A DNA stretch of 64,000 bases. Origin: an uncultured virus (IMG/VR IMGVR_UViG_3300045253_000007). Lineage: Duplodnaviria > Heunggongvirae > Uroviricota > Caudoviricetes. The notes under the pieces were generated by a model. The model was not told the DNA's origin. It searched no databases and saw only the letters and a list, made by a program, of their open reading frames with translations. Positions 41,499 through 51,747 of this stretch are shown piece after piece (within the stretch, counting starts at the first letter, position 1; each line of letters starts with the position of its first letter). Position numbers and translations under genes: made by a program. Location of the stretch: IMG/VR virus record IMGVR_UViG_3300045253_000007; one strand, 5' to 3'.

Positions 41499-42290
41499 AT
41501 GAGAGAAATCGTAGAGACGAACCAGATGACTCTGGCCCAGAAGAAGTTTGACCTACCCAAATTGGCGGACCTGATTAACAAGGGTTACCTAGCCGATGGT
41601 AGAGAGCCTTCTGACCGCGCCAAGAAGTCATTTGCGCCGTCCGGTATCGGATATGGTTCCGGTACATGTGCTCGACAGTGGTTCTATGCTTTCACTGGTG
41701 GTGTTGTGCGTGAAGAGAGCGCAGATGCCACAGGCATAGCAAATATGGCATATGGTACAGATGCCCACACAAGGATTCAAAAAGTATTCAAGAACACAGG
41801 TATTTTGGTAGAGGCAGAACGTAAGATTAATACAATTGGCTCGGACACGTTCCCGCCGATTCTAGGGTTTGCAGACCTCGTAATCAAGTGGCAGGGCGAG
41901 GAAGCGGTAGGCGAGATTAAGACAACTACACAGGAGTCTTACGTCAGCAAGAAGGCTAAGAACCAGCCAGCAGGGTATCACTTGCTACAGGTTCTAATTT
42001 ACATGAAGGTCATGGGTCTCAACAAGGGTTTCCTTATTTATGAGAACAAGAACCAGCAGAATCTATTAGTTTTACCAGTTACATGGAACCCAACCAATAA
42101 GAAGTTTATTGATGATGTGTTCGCATGGATGACAACTACATACAAGGCTTGGGAAGATGAGCAGAAGCCTACCCGACCATTTAAGTCAGATAAGTCACCA
42201 GCGTGCAAGTCTTGCGCATTCAAGACGCATTGCTGGACAGACAAGGAAGACGGAGTAGTAGAACTTCCGGTATTGGAAGTACCGAAGTAA
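41499..42290 (+). CDS. Cas4-like / PD-(D/E)xK exonuclease
   Basis: C...GFAD...EIKT, Q...Y, CKSCAF...C Fe-S cysteines. Confidence 0.85.
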   Translation: MREIVETNQMTLAQKKFDLPKLADLINKGYLADGREPSDRAKKSFAPSGIGYGSGTCARQWFYAFTGGVVREESADATGIANMAYGTDAHTRIQKVFKNTGILVEAERKINTIGSDTFPPILGFADLVIKWQGEEAVGEIKTTTQESYVSKKAKNQPAGYHLLQVLIYMKVMGLNKGFLIYENKNQQNLLVLPVTWNPTNKKFIDDVFAWMTTTYKAWEDEQKPTRPFKSDKSPACKSCAFKTHCWTDKEDGVVELPVLEVPK

Positions 42291-42335
42291 GTGAAACAAT
42301 CAAATACCTTCTGTGATTCGGGGGTGAGAAGGTAA

Positions 42336-42635
42336 ATGATTGGTAATGAATTTATATGCGCCCGTCCCGGTTGTGGTAACAAGTCTTTTAAGACAACTCA
42401 TAATCAAAAATACTGCACGAATGAATGTTGCAGGATTGAGACAAATCGTAAGATTATGGAGAAATACCACGAACGAGTGGCAATTAAGCGCGGTAAGAAG
42501 CGAGAATGCAAGACGTGTTCAACCCCTTTGTCCAGATATAATGAAAACGAAGATTGCGCACCGTGCCAGACGCGCAAGCGCAAAGAGAACTTGGGAGAGG
42601 CAGCAGCCCTCGTCGGTTCGGTAAATTGGCTGTAA
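42336..42635 (+). CDS. Cys-rich zinc-finger protein
   Basis: CARPGC...YCTNEC...CKTC...CAPC. Confidence 0.7.
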   Translation: MIGNEFICARPGCGNKSFKTTHNQKYCTNECCRIETNRKIMEKYHERVAIKRGKKRECKTCSTPLSRYNENEDCAPCQTRKRKENLGEAAALVGSVNWL

Positions 42636-42653
42636 TCGTGATATAATGGTTAC

Positions 42654-43229
42654 ATGGGTTTCGCAGATTTAACTAAGCGCAAGGCGGGTAGAGTTATTGG
42701 AATTGACTGTTCCACATTCTCACTCGCCTACGCCATTTTTGATGACAACAAGCCAGTAGCGTGTGGAGAAGTCCAATTCAACGGTAGTGATATATATGAA
42801 AGACTCAATGACGCAAGGCGCAAGACACAGGCTCTCGTGGACAACGGAATCCTTGTTGGTGACCACATCGGCATGGAGGCTGCTATCGTGGCGAAATCAG
42901 GTGCTCAGGTAGCCATTAAACTAGCCTATGTATACGGCGCGGTACTGGGTGTGCTCATGCAGAATAAGATGAATGTAGAAACCGTAGCGCCCATCACATG
43001 GCAGACGTATATCGGCAACGGTAACTTGAAGACAGATGAGAAGAATCAAATGCGTATAGATTTCCCAGACCACAAGGATTCGTGGTATCAGAACGAGGGT
43101 AGGAAGAGACGTAAGCAACGCACCCTAGATTTTGCTAAGACCTTCTTCACCATTGCTAGCGACTCAGACAACGTAGGTGACGCTGTTGGTATTGCGTACT
43201 ACACGAGTGAAGCACTTACCCGTCGATGA
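42654..43229 (+). CDS. ruvC: RuvC-like resolvase
   Basis: IGIDCS, ME, DNVGDAVGIA; leaderless start. Confidence 0.8.
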   Translation: MGFADLTKRKAGRVIGIDCSTFSLAYAIFDDNKPVACGEVQFNGSDIYERLNDARRKTQALVDNGILVGDHIGMEAAIVAKSGAQVAIKLAYVYGAVLGVLMQNKMNVETVAPITWQTYIGNGNLKTDEKNQMRIDFPDHKDSWYQNEGRKRRKQRTLDFAKTFFTIASDSDNVGDAVGIAYYTSEALTRR

Positions 43230-43372
43230 GCCAGAAATTATATGAGAGCGAACGCTGGATGCGCTTGAAGTATCTGAGGCAGCGCCTCAGTGTAGAAGAG
43301 ATTGCAGAAATCTGCAACGTGAAGACCATGACAATCTACAGGGCCATTACAAAATTTAAGTTGAAAAGATGA
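43226..43372 (+). CDS. small HTH protein (not in ORF track)
   Basis: 48 aa ...LSVEEIAEICNVKTMTIYR; ATGA overlaps on both sides. Confidence 0.75.
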   Translation: MSQKLYESERWMRLKYLRQRLSVEEIAEICNVKTMTIYRAITKFKLKR

Positions 43373-44082
43373 AGTACAACATAATCAGTTTGAACGACGA
43401 CCGCAAAGCATACTTTGATGTGCTGCGACAGATTCTAGGTGATGGTGAAATAGATATCCCAGCCGTGAATGCCACCGAGGTCAACCTCCATGAAGAACTG
43501 GAAAACAGAGGTATCGAACATCACGGTCACATCTGGGGTAATCCCAAGGCTGGCGAGTTGGGTGTCTGGTTATCAAATTACGATTGCTGGTTTACGGCAG
43601 CCGGTATGGACGAACCCCTCATAGTCTTTGAGGATGATGCAATCGTTGACACATTTTTCTGGGAAAAGTTATATGACGTATACAAGGAACTACCAGACGA
43701 TTGGGACTTTGTAGCCTTGTGGGTACCAGAGAACCAACACCTAGATTTCAGATATGAAACTGTCTATGAAAATGGCATACCGCGCATCAATAGGACCAGA
43801 GGCGATTGGGAAACATCCCAATACGACATTGGTGGCAGGTATGCCGCACTTGTGTATCAGGGGTACGGTATGGTATCATTGATGTACTCACCGAAGGGTG
43901 CGCAGAAACTTATTCAGTTGACCAAGGAGTACGGTATAACCGGCCCGGTAGACTGTTGGATTTATGAACAAGCCCACATGGGTAATCTAAATGGGTATGC
44001 GCCACGTCCAGAACAAGCAAGCATTGTTTACTATGACTGGAAAGCAGAATCCCACGTACAACTTACAGAAAGAATTCAATGA
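43369..44082 (+). CDS. glycosyltransferase family 25-like
   Basis: IISL...R, GELG..LS, VFEDDA, Y.P.GA.KL, PVD. Confidence 0.8.
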   Translation: MKYNIISLNDDRKAYFDVLRQILGDGEIDIPAVNATEVNLHEELENRGIEHHGHIWGNPKAGELGVWLSNYDCWFTAAGMDEPLIVFEDDAIVDTFFWEKLYDVYKELPDDWDFVALWVPENQHLDFRYETVYENGIPRINRTRGDWETSQYDIGGRYAALVYQGYGMVSLMYSPKGAQKLIQLTKEYGITGPVDCWIYEQAHMGNLNGYAPRPEQASIVYYDWKAESHVQLTERIQ

Positions 44083-44315
44083 CCGGCAGACTAGTTTACG
44101 AAGTTAGACTTCGTAAGTCTAAGCGCAAGAAGCAGCCTTGGCGCTGGGACGTGAGTTATCTATTAACTACGGACCCAGAGTTTCCCGGTGTGGAAACCGG
44201 TAGAAGTCATATAGGCAGTAACTTTGGCTACACCAGATTTAAGTGGCAAGCCAAGAAGAAGATTGCTGATAAACTGATTAGCAATCCTTATCAGAAAGTA
44301 TTTACAGAACGATGA
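44079..44315 (+). CDS. hypothetical basic protein
   Basis: 78 aa, coupled to neighbours. Confidence 0.55.
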   Translation: MTGRLVYEVRLRKSKRKKQPWRWDVSYLLTTDPEFPGVETGRSHIGSNFGYTRFKWQAKKKIADKLISNPYQKVFTER

Positions 44316-45211
44316 AGGTATTAGTAACAGGAGCACAGGGTTTTATCGGCCAATATGTGGTTGAGGAACTTGCTAGGCGAGGATACACGCCGGTAGCATT
44401 TGACAGATACGACAAGGGTGCTCGTACACCGGGAGCAGAGTTCTTCCTAGGTGATATCACAGATGACGTTGCGGTAACCGAGGCGGTAGCCCACGTAGAC
44501 GGATTCATCCACCTTGCTGGTGTTCTAGGTACTCAGGAAACAATCAAGAACCCCAACCCAGCAGCGTTCGTAAACATTCAGGGCGGTCTTAACGTCTTCA
44601 AGGCTGCTGCTCAGTACAACGTACCGGGCGTAAACATCGCGGTAGGCAATCACTGGATGAACAACACTTACTCCATTACGAAGTCAACCATGGAGCGTTT
44701 TGTTGCCATGTTCAATACCGAGTCCGGTACGAAGATTAACATTGTTCGTCCGACCAACTGCTTTGGTCCACGACAGGTTTCCTTCCCGCCGTACGGTCCA
44801 AGCAAGGTAAAGAAGATTACGCCAGCGTTCATCAACGCTGCTATTCGTAATCTTCCAATCGGTATCTACGGCGACGGTAATCAGGTTTCTGACATGATTT
44901 ACGTTGAAGACGTAGCCAAGACGCTAGTCACCGCCATGGAGCATGCTGCTGACGGCAAGGTCTATGATAAGGCGTTTGAGGTTGGGTACGGCGAACCAAT
45001 TACGGTTAACGAGGTCGCTCAGACAGTTATCAAGGTCGCTGGTTCCACCAGCACGCTAGAGCATTCTCCTATGCGTCCGGGTGAAGAGGTTGGCGGTATC
45101 GTTTTGGCTGACCCATCAACACTTGCTCCGTTAGGCATCTTCAAGAAGGATTTTGTTACTCTTGAAGACGGTCTTTCTCGCGCAATCGAATACTACAGGA
45201 AGTCCTTGTGA
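44312..45211 (+). CDS. NAD-dependent sugar epimerase/dehydratase
   Basis: TGAQGFIG, HLAG, YSITK (YxxxK), DMIYVED. Confidence 0.9.
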   Translation: MKVLVTGAQGFIGQYVVEELARRGYTPVAFDRYDKGARTPGAEFFLGDITDDVAVTEAVAHVDGFIHLAGVLGTQETIKNPNPAAFVNIQGGLNVFKAAAQYNVPGVNIAVGNHWMNNTYSITKSTMERFVAMFNTESGTKINIVRPTNCFGPRQVSFPPYGPSKVKKITPAFINAAIRNLPIGIYGDGNQVSDMIYVEDVAKTLVTAMEHAADGKVYDKAFEVGYGEPITVNEVAQTVIKVAGSTSTLEHSPMRPGEEVGGIVLADPSTLAPLGIFKKDFVTLEDGLSRAIEYYRKSL

Positions 45212-46050
45212 TAAACGGCCACAAGGTTGTAGTATTCACACCTTGGGGTCGTGAACTTACTGCATCTATACTCTTTGAGTATTTGAAGAGGGACCACGCC
45301 GCAGGCGTCGTAGACGAGTGGCACCTGTGGTTGAACACAGACGACGACCAAGTGAGAGACGTTGAGTATGGCCTTAATCTAGAAGAAGACAACGACTGGA
45401 TTAAGACTTTCAGTCGCCCAGCAGGGCCGGTACTTCATCCAAAGCAGATGAACACCGGTAGGTTTTACGTGTACACGCAAGAACCTGAAACAATTTACGT
45501 CCGCATGGATGATGATATCGTCTATATAGAAAAGAATGCTATCGCCAGACTCGCAGAACATCGTCTAGATAATAAGTATCCTTTCGTTGTGTTTCCAATC
45601 ATTTGGAACAACGCTGTGTGCTCGCACTACCTACAACAGATGGAGGCAATGCCTTCGTGGTGGGGCAAGGTTGGTAACCACTGCATGGACCCGGTAGGAT
45701 GGGCAGACGCAGATTTTGCAGTCAATATTCACCATCATCTACTAAATATGATTGCTATGGATAGAGTAGAAGACCTATTCCTACATCACAGCATTCAACT
45801 GCCGCTAGCGCAGCAGTTCAGCGTATCATCATTTGCACAAATTGGAAGCGAGTACAAAGCCGTTGACGGTATTCTTGGTGGTGAAGAGGAAGGTTGGCAC
45901 ACTATTACTATGCCTTGGGAAACCAAGAGGGCAAACATGATTGTGCCTAACTCATTCATAAGCCATTTTTCATTCTACCACCAGCGTAATCATCTTCTTA
46001 AGAATACTGATATCTTGGACCAGTACCGCGACATTTCCCAGAGTCTTTAA
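45208..46050 (+). CDS. GT-A-fold glycosyltransferase-like protein
   Basis: VFTPWGR, YVRMDDDIVYI DxD motif. Confidence 0.65.
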   Translation: MINGHKVVVFTPWGRELTASILFEYLKRDHAAGVVDEWHLWLNTDDDQVRDVEYGLNLEEDNDWIKTFSRPAGPVLHPKQMNTGRFYVYTQEPETIYVRMDDDIVYIEKNAIARLAEHRLDNKYPFVVFPIIWNNAVCSHYLQQMEAMPSWWGKVGNHCMDPVGWADADFAVNIHHHLLNMIAMDRVEDLFLHHSIQLPLAQQFSVSSFAQIGSEYKAVDGILGGEEEGWHTITMPWETKRANMIVPNSFISHFSFYHQRNHLLKNTDILDQYRDISQSL

Positions 46051-46760
46051 TGTTCACACCGAGGACCAATATGACTAGTTACATGCATAGAATCTGGATG
46101 GGTGGCGAGATGCCTGAGCGCTTCCAGCAGTACGGAGCGCTTTGGCAAGAACTCAATCCCAATTACAGGTTGAAGGACTGGGGCGAAGAAGAAATCATGG
46201 ACTCTCCATGGATTAACGTTAAGGTTCTTCAAGACCTCTACAGCAAGTCTTTACAACCGGGCGCAGATATGGTAGCCTATTACACACATGTTGCTGATGT
46301 AGTAGATTACGAATTGGTCTATTCGATGGGTGGCTGGTATTTCAATACAGACTTGAAACCATTAAAGCCGCTGAACACGCTAGCCTTCAATCGTGAACGC
46401 GCTGCATTTGCAATGGAGGATGACGTGCATGCCGTGAATATGGCAATGTACGCTCCAAGAGAAAATCCTGTGTTTGCAAAAATCATCGAGTTACTACCGG
46501 TAAGATACTTTGGAATGCCCGGAGCATTCATGAACGCCACGACTGGCGTACAACTAATCATGCAGGCTCTATCACAGCAACCTTGGGAAGTTCATTTATT
46601 TCCTAGAAATGTTTGGAACCCAATCCATTGGAGTGAATTCAATTATGGAACGGTCCCAGATGTGGACCGAGAGTATCCCGTGGAAACCGTGGCAGTACAC
46701 GAATGGCTGCACAGGACAAACCAACGAGGACAGAGAGTTCTAGAAAATGAAAACATTTAA
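46050..46760 (+). CDS. glycosyltransferase family 32 (OCH1-like)
   Basis: HRIWMG, WQELNP, AD...GGWYFNTD, ATTG. Confidence 0.8.
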   Translation: MFTPRTNMTSYMHRIWMGGEMPERFQQYGALWQELNPNYRLKDWGEEEIMDSPWINVKVLQDLYSKSLQPGADMVAYYTHVADVVDYELVYSMGGWYFNTDLKPLKPLNTLAFNRERAAFAMEDDVHAVNMAMYAPRENPVFAKIIELLPVRYFGMPGAFMNATTGVQLIMQALSQQPWEVHLFPRNVWNPIHWSEFNYGTVPDVDREYPVETVAVHEWLHRTNQRGQRVLENENI

Positions 46761-46929
46761 TGTAGAGTACGAATTGCCAAACAAAAGGGCAATCGTCAAA
46801 GGTGCGTATTCTGAGTTGTGTATTGACGACAAGATTATCTTGGTCGATAGTGCAGAAATAGAATACAATGCCGTGGTTGAAACCAGAATTGGTGGCGGCG
46901 CGGTAGTGAGAGTTACGGGCTTTAGGTGA
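46747..46929 (+). CDS. hypothetical protein
   Basis: 60 aa, coupled to neighbours. Confidence 0.5.
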   Translation: MKTFNVEYELPNKRAIVKGAYSELCIDDKIILVDSAEIEYNAVVETRIGGGAVVRVTGFR

Positions 46930-47177
46930 CGGATACCATCGCATATCAGGATATTGAATCCTTGCTAGCGTGGGACCCAAGCATAAGGTACGAGTACGAC
47001 AATCACGGCAACATCAGCGTGTTCGATTCGCAGTATGGCATCTTCCTTGAAGTAGGTATAGGTGACACCATCCAAAGAATAGAAGACGGGTTTGCTGTGA
47101 TTCGACAAGGCAGGACAAGTGGTTTGATTACTACCGCCACTATCATGCCTAAGATTACCGGACACATCAGAGGATAG
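46926..47177 (+). CDS. hypothetical protein
   Basis: 83 aa, coupled to neighbours. Confidence 0.55.
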   Translation: MTDTIAYQDIESLLAWDPSIRYEYDNHGNISVFDSQYGIFLEVGIGDTIQRIEDGFAVIRQGRTSGLITTATIMPKITGHIRG

Positions 47178-47178
47178 T

Positions 47179-47775
47179 ATGCAGATTGTAGCATTGAGCG
47201 GGTACGCTCGCGCAGGCAAGGACGAAGCCGCGAGCGTGCTCGTCTCAGATTTTGGTTTCAAGCAAGTAGCATTTGCTGATAAGTTGCGTGAAATGCTTTA
47301 TCAGTTGAATCCTGTAGTTGGCATCGGGTCAATCTATTGTCAAGGCGACTTTGATAAGACCCATACTTGGAACAATATATATGTTCAAGATATTATTAAT
47401 AAGTATGGTTGGGGAGGGTACAAAGAAACACATTTTGGACCTGAGGTTCGCAGACTCCTACAACGCCTTGGAACTGAGGCCGGTAGACTAACCCTTTGGG
47501 ATTCTATCTGGATTGATGCAGCCTTAGCAGGTCTGGAAGATGATGCTAAGGTAGTAGTTTCGGACGCACGATTCTTCAATGAGTTCGATGCTGTACGTGA
47601 ACGCGGTGGAGAGATTTGGCGTATTGACCGAGAAGGTGTCGGACCAGCCAATGACCATCCAAGCGAGACAGAGGCAATAGCCTATCAGCACTTCGGTGCA
47701 TACTTCAAAAATGATGGTACTCTGGAAGAGTATAAACAACAAATTAGGGATTATGCCAATGCGCGTGGGATTTGA
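47179..47775 (+). CDS. deoxynucleoside monophosphate kinase
   Basis: SGYARAGKD, FADKL, LQRLGTE, SDARF.NE, HPSE. Confidence 0.9.
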   Translation: MQIVALSGYARAGKDEAASVLVSDFGFKQVAFADKLREMLYQLNPVVGIGSIYCQGDFDKTHTWNNIYVQDIINKYGWGGYKETHFGPEVRRLLQRLGTEAGRLTLWDSIWIDAALAGLEDDAKVVVSDARFFNEFDAVRERGGEIWRIDREGVGPANDHPSETEAIAYQHFGAYFKNDGTLEEYKQQIRDYANARGI

Positions 47776-48349
47776 CTTAGACGGAGTGGGTTACGTATTC
47801 GGTGCGTCGGTAAGGAATTATCTTACCTCCATCGGTATCAACGTGGCCGAGGCTACCGACGACTTTTGTACCCACTGGGACTTTTATGAATTTTGGGGTA
47901 TGACTCGTGAAGAGTTTGCCAAGTATTGTGATGCTGGTGTAGATGCAGGATTCGTCTTCGCACCGGGAGATGGTTTAACACGACCGGGATTCTTTGACGC
48001 TATCAAGACTGTCAAGATGATGGGACACGACGTTATCATTGCAACGCACAGATTTCAAGGCAGTCCCGGTAAGGCTCAGGAGAATACCTATAGGTGGCTA
48101 GAGCCGGTATTGATGTATGTGGATGAAGTTCACTTCACAACAGATGGTGATAAGACTGGCTTCAATACAGATATGTTCGTTGAGGATTCCAAGCCAAACT
48201 ATGACCTTTTAGTCGCAAGCGGTCAAGATTCATACCTCATCAACAGACCTTGGAATGCTCCATACAATGACGACCGTCAGCGTATTGGAGATATCTATGA
48301 CTATGTGAGGGCGGTCGAACAACGCGCAAAGCGCGTTTCTGTGGTATAA
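47753..48349 (+). CDS. HAD-family 5'(3')-nucleotidase-like protein
   Basis: GFDLDGV, FVEDS, RPWN. Confidence 0.8.
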   Translation: MPMRVGFDLDGVGYVFGASVRNYLTSIGINVAEATDDFCTHWDFYEFWGMTREEFAKYCDAGVDAGFVFAPGDGLTRPGFFDAIKTVKMMGHDVIIATHRFQGSPGKAQENTYRWLEPVLMYVDEVHFTTDGDKTGFNTDMFVEDSKPNYDLLVASGQDSYLINRPWNAPYNDDRQRIGDIYDYVRAVEQRAKRVSVV

Positions 48350-48356
48350 TTAATTC

Positions 48357-48524
48357 ATGCCCATTTATACATATAGGTGCGATAAGTGTGAAATTCAGGT
48401 AACAAAGATAATTTCCATGGACGCAAGAGACGAACAGGTTTGCGACGGTTGTAAAGAAAAGTTCAAGCGAATGATTGACCGTCCGGGACTTGTCTGGGCT
48501 CCAACGGCAGGCGGTATGAGATAA
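48357..48524 (+). CDS. FmdB-like zinc-ribbon protein (not in ORF track)
   Basis: MPIYTYRCDKC...CDGC; leaderless; TAATG-coupled to the next gene. Confidence 0.8.
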   Translation: MPIYTYRCDKCEIQVTKIISMDARDEQVCDGCKEKFKRMIDRPGLVWAPTAGGMR

Positions 48525-49108
48525 TGAGTCTCATGCCTACCGAGAACGAAGGCGACCGCTTTGCAGAGATGCAAAAAGTCATAGAACTTTATGTTCAAAA
48601 CATTAACCCTACGAAAATTGCTAACAGCGTTGGCATTCGTAGGGTTGATGTGCTTTCTCATATAGAGGCTTGGAGAGCCACGGCGGTAGGCTCTGACATA
48701 ATGAAGGAACGTGTCGAGGAACTTATTGCCTCCATGGACCAGCATTATTCCTTGCTCATCCAGAAGGCATATGAAATCATTGACGAGGTTGACGACGAGG
48801 CTGCCCTAGAGGGCACCGGTAGAAAGTCAACCATGACCAGAGCGCAGATGCTGTCCCAGAAGTTGGGTGCCCTAAAAGCAATCGCTGACTTTGAGTCAAA
48901 AAGAATCGACGTTCTACAGAAGAGTGGTCTTCTAGAGGCAGCAGACCTCGGAGATGAACTTGCAGCAATTGAAGAGAAGATGGAAAAGGTCTTCGATATC
49001 CTTGACGAGTTCTTGTGCGGTAACTGTAGGCCAGTTATCCTAGGTCGTCTAAAGCCACTAATCAGCGGCGAACCAGCCGAGAATGTAGTTGTTGTGGTAA
49101 GTGGCTAA
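48524..49108 (+). CDS. putative terminase small subunit (HTH)
   Basis: N-terminal HTH, helical body, directly upstream of TerL. Confidence 0.55.
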   Translation: MSLMPTENEGDRFAEMQKVIELYVQNINPTKIANSVGIRRVDVLSHIEAWRATAVGSDIMKERVEELIASMDQHYSLLIQKAYEIIDEVDDEAALEGTGRKSTMTRAQMLSQKLGALKAIADFESKRIDVLQKSGLLEAADLGDELAAIEEKMEKVFDILDEFLCGNCRPVILGRLKPLISGEPAENVVVVVSG

Positions 49109-50936
49109 AGACTTTTACCAAGACCTGTTCAACAGACTCTCTGGTGAAGAGTTCGAAGAGATGCCGGTAGATGTTTTTGAATTTACTACCTCTGAGAACT
49201 ACTGTGGTCTGAAAGAACTATCAGAGTATCAATATGCTCTGGTACGAAACATGTCTCAAATCTACAAGAGGGAAACCCTTGTAGCACTCTATGGTGGAGA
49301 TGAAGCAAAGGCTGAAAGACGCTGGCGCGAAACGTGCCGTGAAATCATCATGCAACTTGGTAAGGGTTCCGGTAAGGACTTTACATCTACCGTCGCGGTA
49401 TCATATGTGGTATATCTCCTACTTTGCCTAAAGTCACCAGCAGAATACTACGGTAAGCCCAAGGGTGACTCCATTGATATTATCAATATTGCTATCAACT
49501 CAGACCAAGCCAACAGAGTTTTCTTCAAGAACTTCGTAGAGCGCATCAGGAACAACCCATGGTTCGAAGGTAGATATGAAGAAAAGCAAGGTAGTATCGA
49601 GTTCGACAAGAACGTGACCGTTTATTCTGGTCACTCAGAACGAGAAGCATTTGAGGGATACAACACCCTGCTTGTAATTCTCGATGAGATTTCTGGTTTC
49701 GCATTGACCTCCAACACCGGACATCAGAACGCCAAAACTGCTCCCGCAATCTATGACATGTATAAGGGTTCTGTCACCAGTCGTTTTGCTGAGTTCGGTA
49801 AGTTGGTATTGCTTTCATTCCCTCGTTTCAAGGACGACTTCATCCAGCAGAAGTACAAGGAAGTTATTGCAGAAATTGAAACGATTGAACGCTCAGCAAC
49901 TCTAAAGGTTGACCCAGAACTACCGGACGGTCAAGAGGGTAATGAGTTTGAGATTAAGTGGGAAGAGGATGAAATCATCCGTTATGCTTACCCATACACC
50001 TTTGCATTGCGCAGACCGTCTTGGGAAGTTAATCCGACCAAGAATCTACAAACAGATTATGCGCTAGACTTCTATCGCAACCCCGGAGATGCGCTGGGAC
50101 GCTTCGCTTGCATGCCGTCCAACCTAGAAGATGGTTACTTCAAGAGAATGGATAAGGTCGAGGCAGCATTTTGTCGCATGAATGGTGTAGACGCCGAAGG
50201 CGTTTTTCATCCTAACTTCCAGCCTAAGGATGACGTTAAGTATTTCATGCACGTTGACCTTGCCCAGAAGCACGACAAGTGCGCGGTAGCAATGGGACAC
50301 GTTGACAAGTGGATACAGTATGATGTAGGGTCAAGTGGATACGTAGAGTACCTACCGCTCGTAGTGATTGATGCGCTGCGTTGGTGGACACCTACCAAAG
50401 ATAAGTCAGTTGATTTCAAGGAAGTTGTAGAATACATCAAGGCTGTTCGACGTAGAGGATTCAACCTAAAGTTGGTCACCTTCGACCGTTGGAACTCTCA
50501 CGACACCATGATGGAACTAGAACGTAATGGTATTAAGACAGAAGTTCTCTCTGTTGCTAAGAAGCATTACGACGACTTCCTGATGACTACTTATGACGAC
50601 AGGCTTCTTGGTCCAGCAGAACAAGCACTTATTGATGAACTTGGCGAACTTCGTCTAGTAAAGGATAAGGTAGACCACCCTCGCAAGGGTAACAAGGATT
50701 TGTCTGACGCGGTGTGCGGTGCCATTTTCAACAGCGTCTCTCACACGCCTAAAGAAGAAAACTTGGAAGCAGATGCTCTCACTCTAGAAGACCTTAAAGA
50801 GATTGTCGATGACGACGAGAAGCAGGTTCTAAAATGGGACCGTCCGGGAGTTATCGTAGTTCCTAAGAAAACACTTAAAGAAGAAGCACCACAGAACATT
50901 CAAGACATGATAGACGATTTCATGCGAGTTCTTTGA
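49101..50936 (+). CDS. terL: terminase large subunit
   Basis: GKGSGKD Walker A, ILDE Walker B, HVDLA, FDRWNS, KVDHP...KDLSDA. Confidence 0.9.
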   Translation: MAKDFYQDLFNRLSGEEFEEMPVDVFEFTTSENYCGLKELSEYQYALVRNMSQIYKRETLVALYGGDEAKAERRWRETCREIIMQLGKGSGKDFTSTVAVSYVVYLLLCLKSPAEYYGKPKGDSIDIINIAINSDQANRVFFKNFVERIRNNPWFEGRYEEKQGSIEFDKNVTVYSGHSEREAFEGYNTLLVILDEISGFALTSNTGHQNAKTAPAIYDMYKGSVTSRFAEFGKLVLLSFPRFKDDFIQQKYKEVIAEIETIERSATLKVDPELPDGQEGNEFEIKWEEDEIIRYAYPYTFALRRPSWEVNPTKNLQTDYALDFYRNPGDALGRFACMPSNLEDGYFKRMDKVEAAFCRMNGVDAEGVFHPNFQPKDDVKYFMHVDLAQKHDKCAVAMGHVDKWIQYDVGSSGYVEYLPLVVIDALRWWTPTKDKSVDFKEVVEYIKAVRRRGFNLKLVTFDRWNSHDTMMELERNGIKTEVLSVAKKHYDDFLMTTYDDRLLGPAEQALIDELGELRLVKDKVDHPRKGNKDLSDAVCGAIFNSVSHTPKEENLEADALTLEDLKEIVDDDEKQVLKWDRPGVIVVPKKTLKEEAPQNIQDMIDDFMRVL

Positions 50937-50961
50937 CGTAGCGCGCCGGTAGTGGTAGAAT
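50933..50961 (+). promoter_or_regulatory. sigma70-type promoter
   Basis: TTGACG-17-TAGAAT; spacer contains CCGGTAG. Confidence 0.75.
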
Positions 50962-50980
50962 GATAGACAAGGAGGCAGTA

Positions 50981-51634
50981 ATGACACAACTAATAGCAGA
51001 TGAAACAGAACGCGAACGGGTTGAAGCCGAAGCGCATCAACGTCCGTCACGCGCTGAAATTGTGCTTGCCTTGATTGACAGGGATGGTGATGTATGCGTT
51101 TACTGCCGCCGAGACTTCTCAGAGCGGGAGCGAACCATTGACCACGTTTACCCTCAATCAAAGGCATTCGCAGACGGCTGGACCTACGAGCAGGTTTGGG
51201 ATATGTCCAACCTTGCTCTTGCATGTAAGCCGTGTAACGCAAAGAAGTCTGACCAGATTCTTGACGAGGATGGTAACATTCCTTCTCGTAAGACAAAGAC
51301 TTTTAGATACAGGCGAGACAAGAGGGCTACACGTCCTACCGAGCCATGTTATGACTGTGACAACGGCCACAACCTTTTCATTAATGAAATTTGTGCGGCC
51401 TGTGGTTGCGATGCCCAGCGGTTCCCCCGCTCTGCAAAGGTTAGAGCAGATGAGTGTGACCACGCCATAACATGGTGCTGGGCTTGTTGTATCGGTGTTG
51501 TTGAGCGTACAGGTGCCTTGGAGATGTTGTTCTTCGGAAACGAAGGGCACGAACCGGGACTATCACATGATGAGGCCATGGCTCGTGAGAGCGATGAGGT
51601 AAAGGCAATTTATGCTGGAACCCTTGACACATGA
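50981..51634 (+). CDS. HNH endonuclease with Cys-rich C-terminal domain
   Basis: RDG..CVYC, TIDHVYP, NL..ACKPCN.KK; start after AGGAGG. Confidence 0.85.
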   Translation: MTQLIADETERERVEAEAHQRPSRAEIVLALIDRDGDVCVYCRRDFSERERTIDHVYPQSKAFADGWTYEQVWDMSNLALACKPCNAKKSDQILDEDGNIPSRKTKTFRYRRDKRATRPTEPCYDCDNGHNLFINEICAACGCDAQRFPRSAKVRADECDHAITWCWACCIGVVERTGALEMLFFGNEGHEPGLSHDEAMARESDEVKAIYAGTLDT

Positions 51635-51734
51635 AGATATAGCCGCTAGGCTATTGGTTCTGGAAAACAAGGCGTACCAACTCATCAATGAGATTAAAAA
51701 TCTGTTCCAAGATGTGCTTGACAGCCAAGAGTAA
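51612..51734 (+). CDS. 40-aa helical mini-protein
   Basis: MLEPLTHEDIAARLL...; open frame in the intergenic gap. Confidence 0.35.
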   Translation: MLEPLTHEDIAARLLVLENKAYQLINEIKNLFQDVLDSQE

Positions 51735-51747
51735 TATAGTGTAGAGT
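51718..51747 (+). promoter_or_regulatory. sigma70-type promoter
   Basis: TTGACA-18-TAGAGT. Confidence 0.65.

Noticed and set aside
41499..42290. Cas4-like gene as evidence for a CRISPR system
   Set aside because: No repeat-spacer array or other cas genes seen; solo Cas4-like nucleases are common in phage recombination modules
31313..50936. Inteins or introns in DnaB, DnaE, RecA or TerL
   Set aside because: Lengths are normal; no intein terminal motifs or interrupted frames seen
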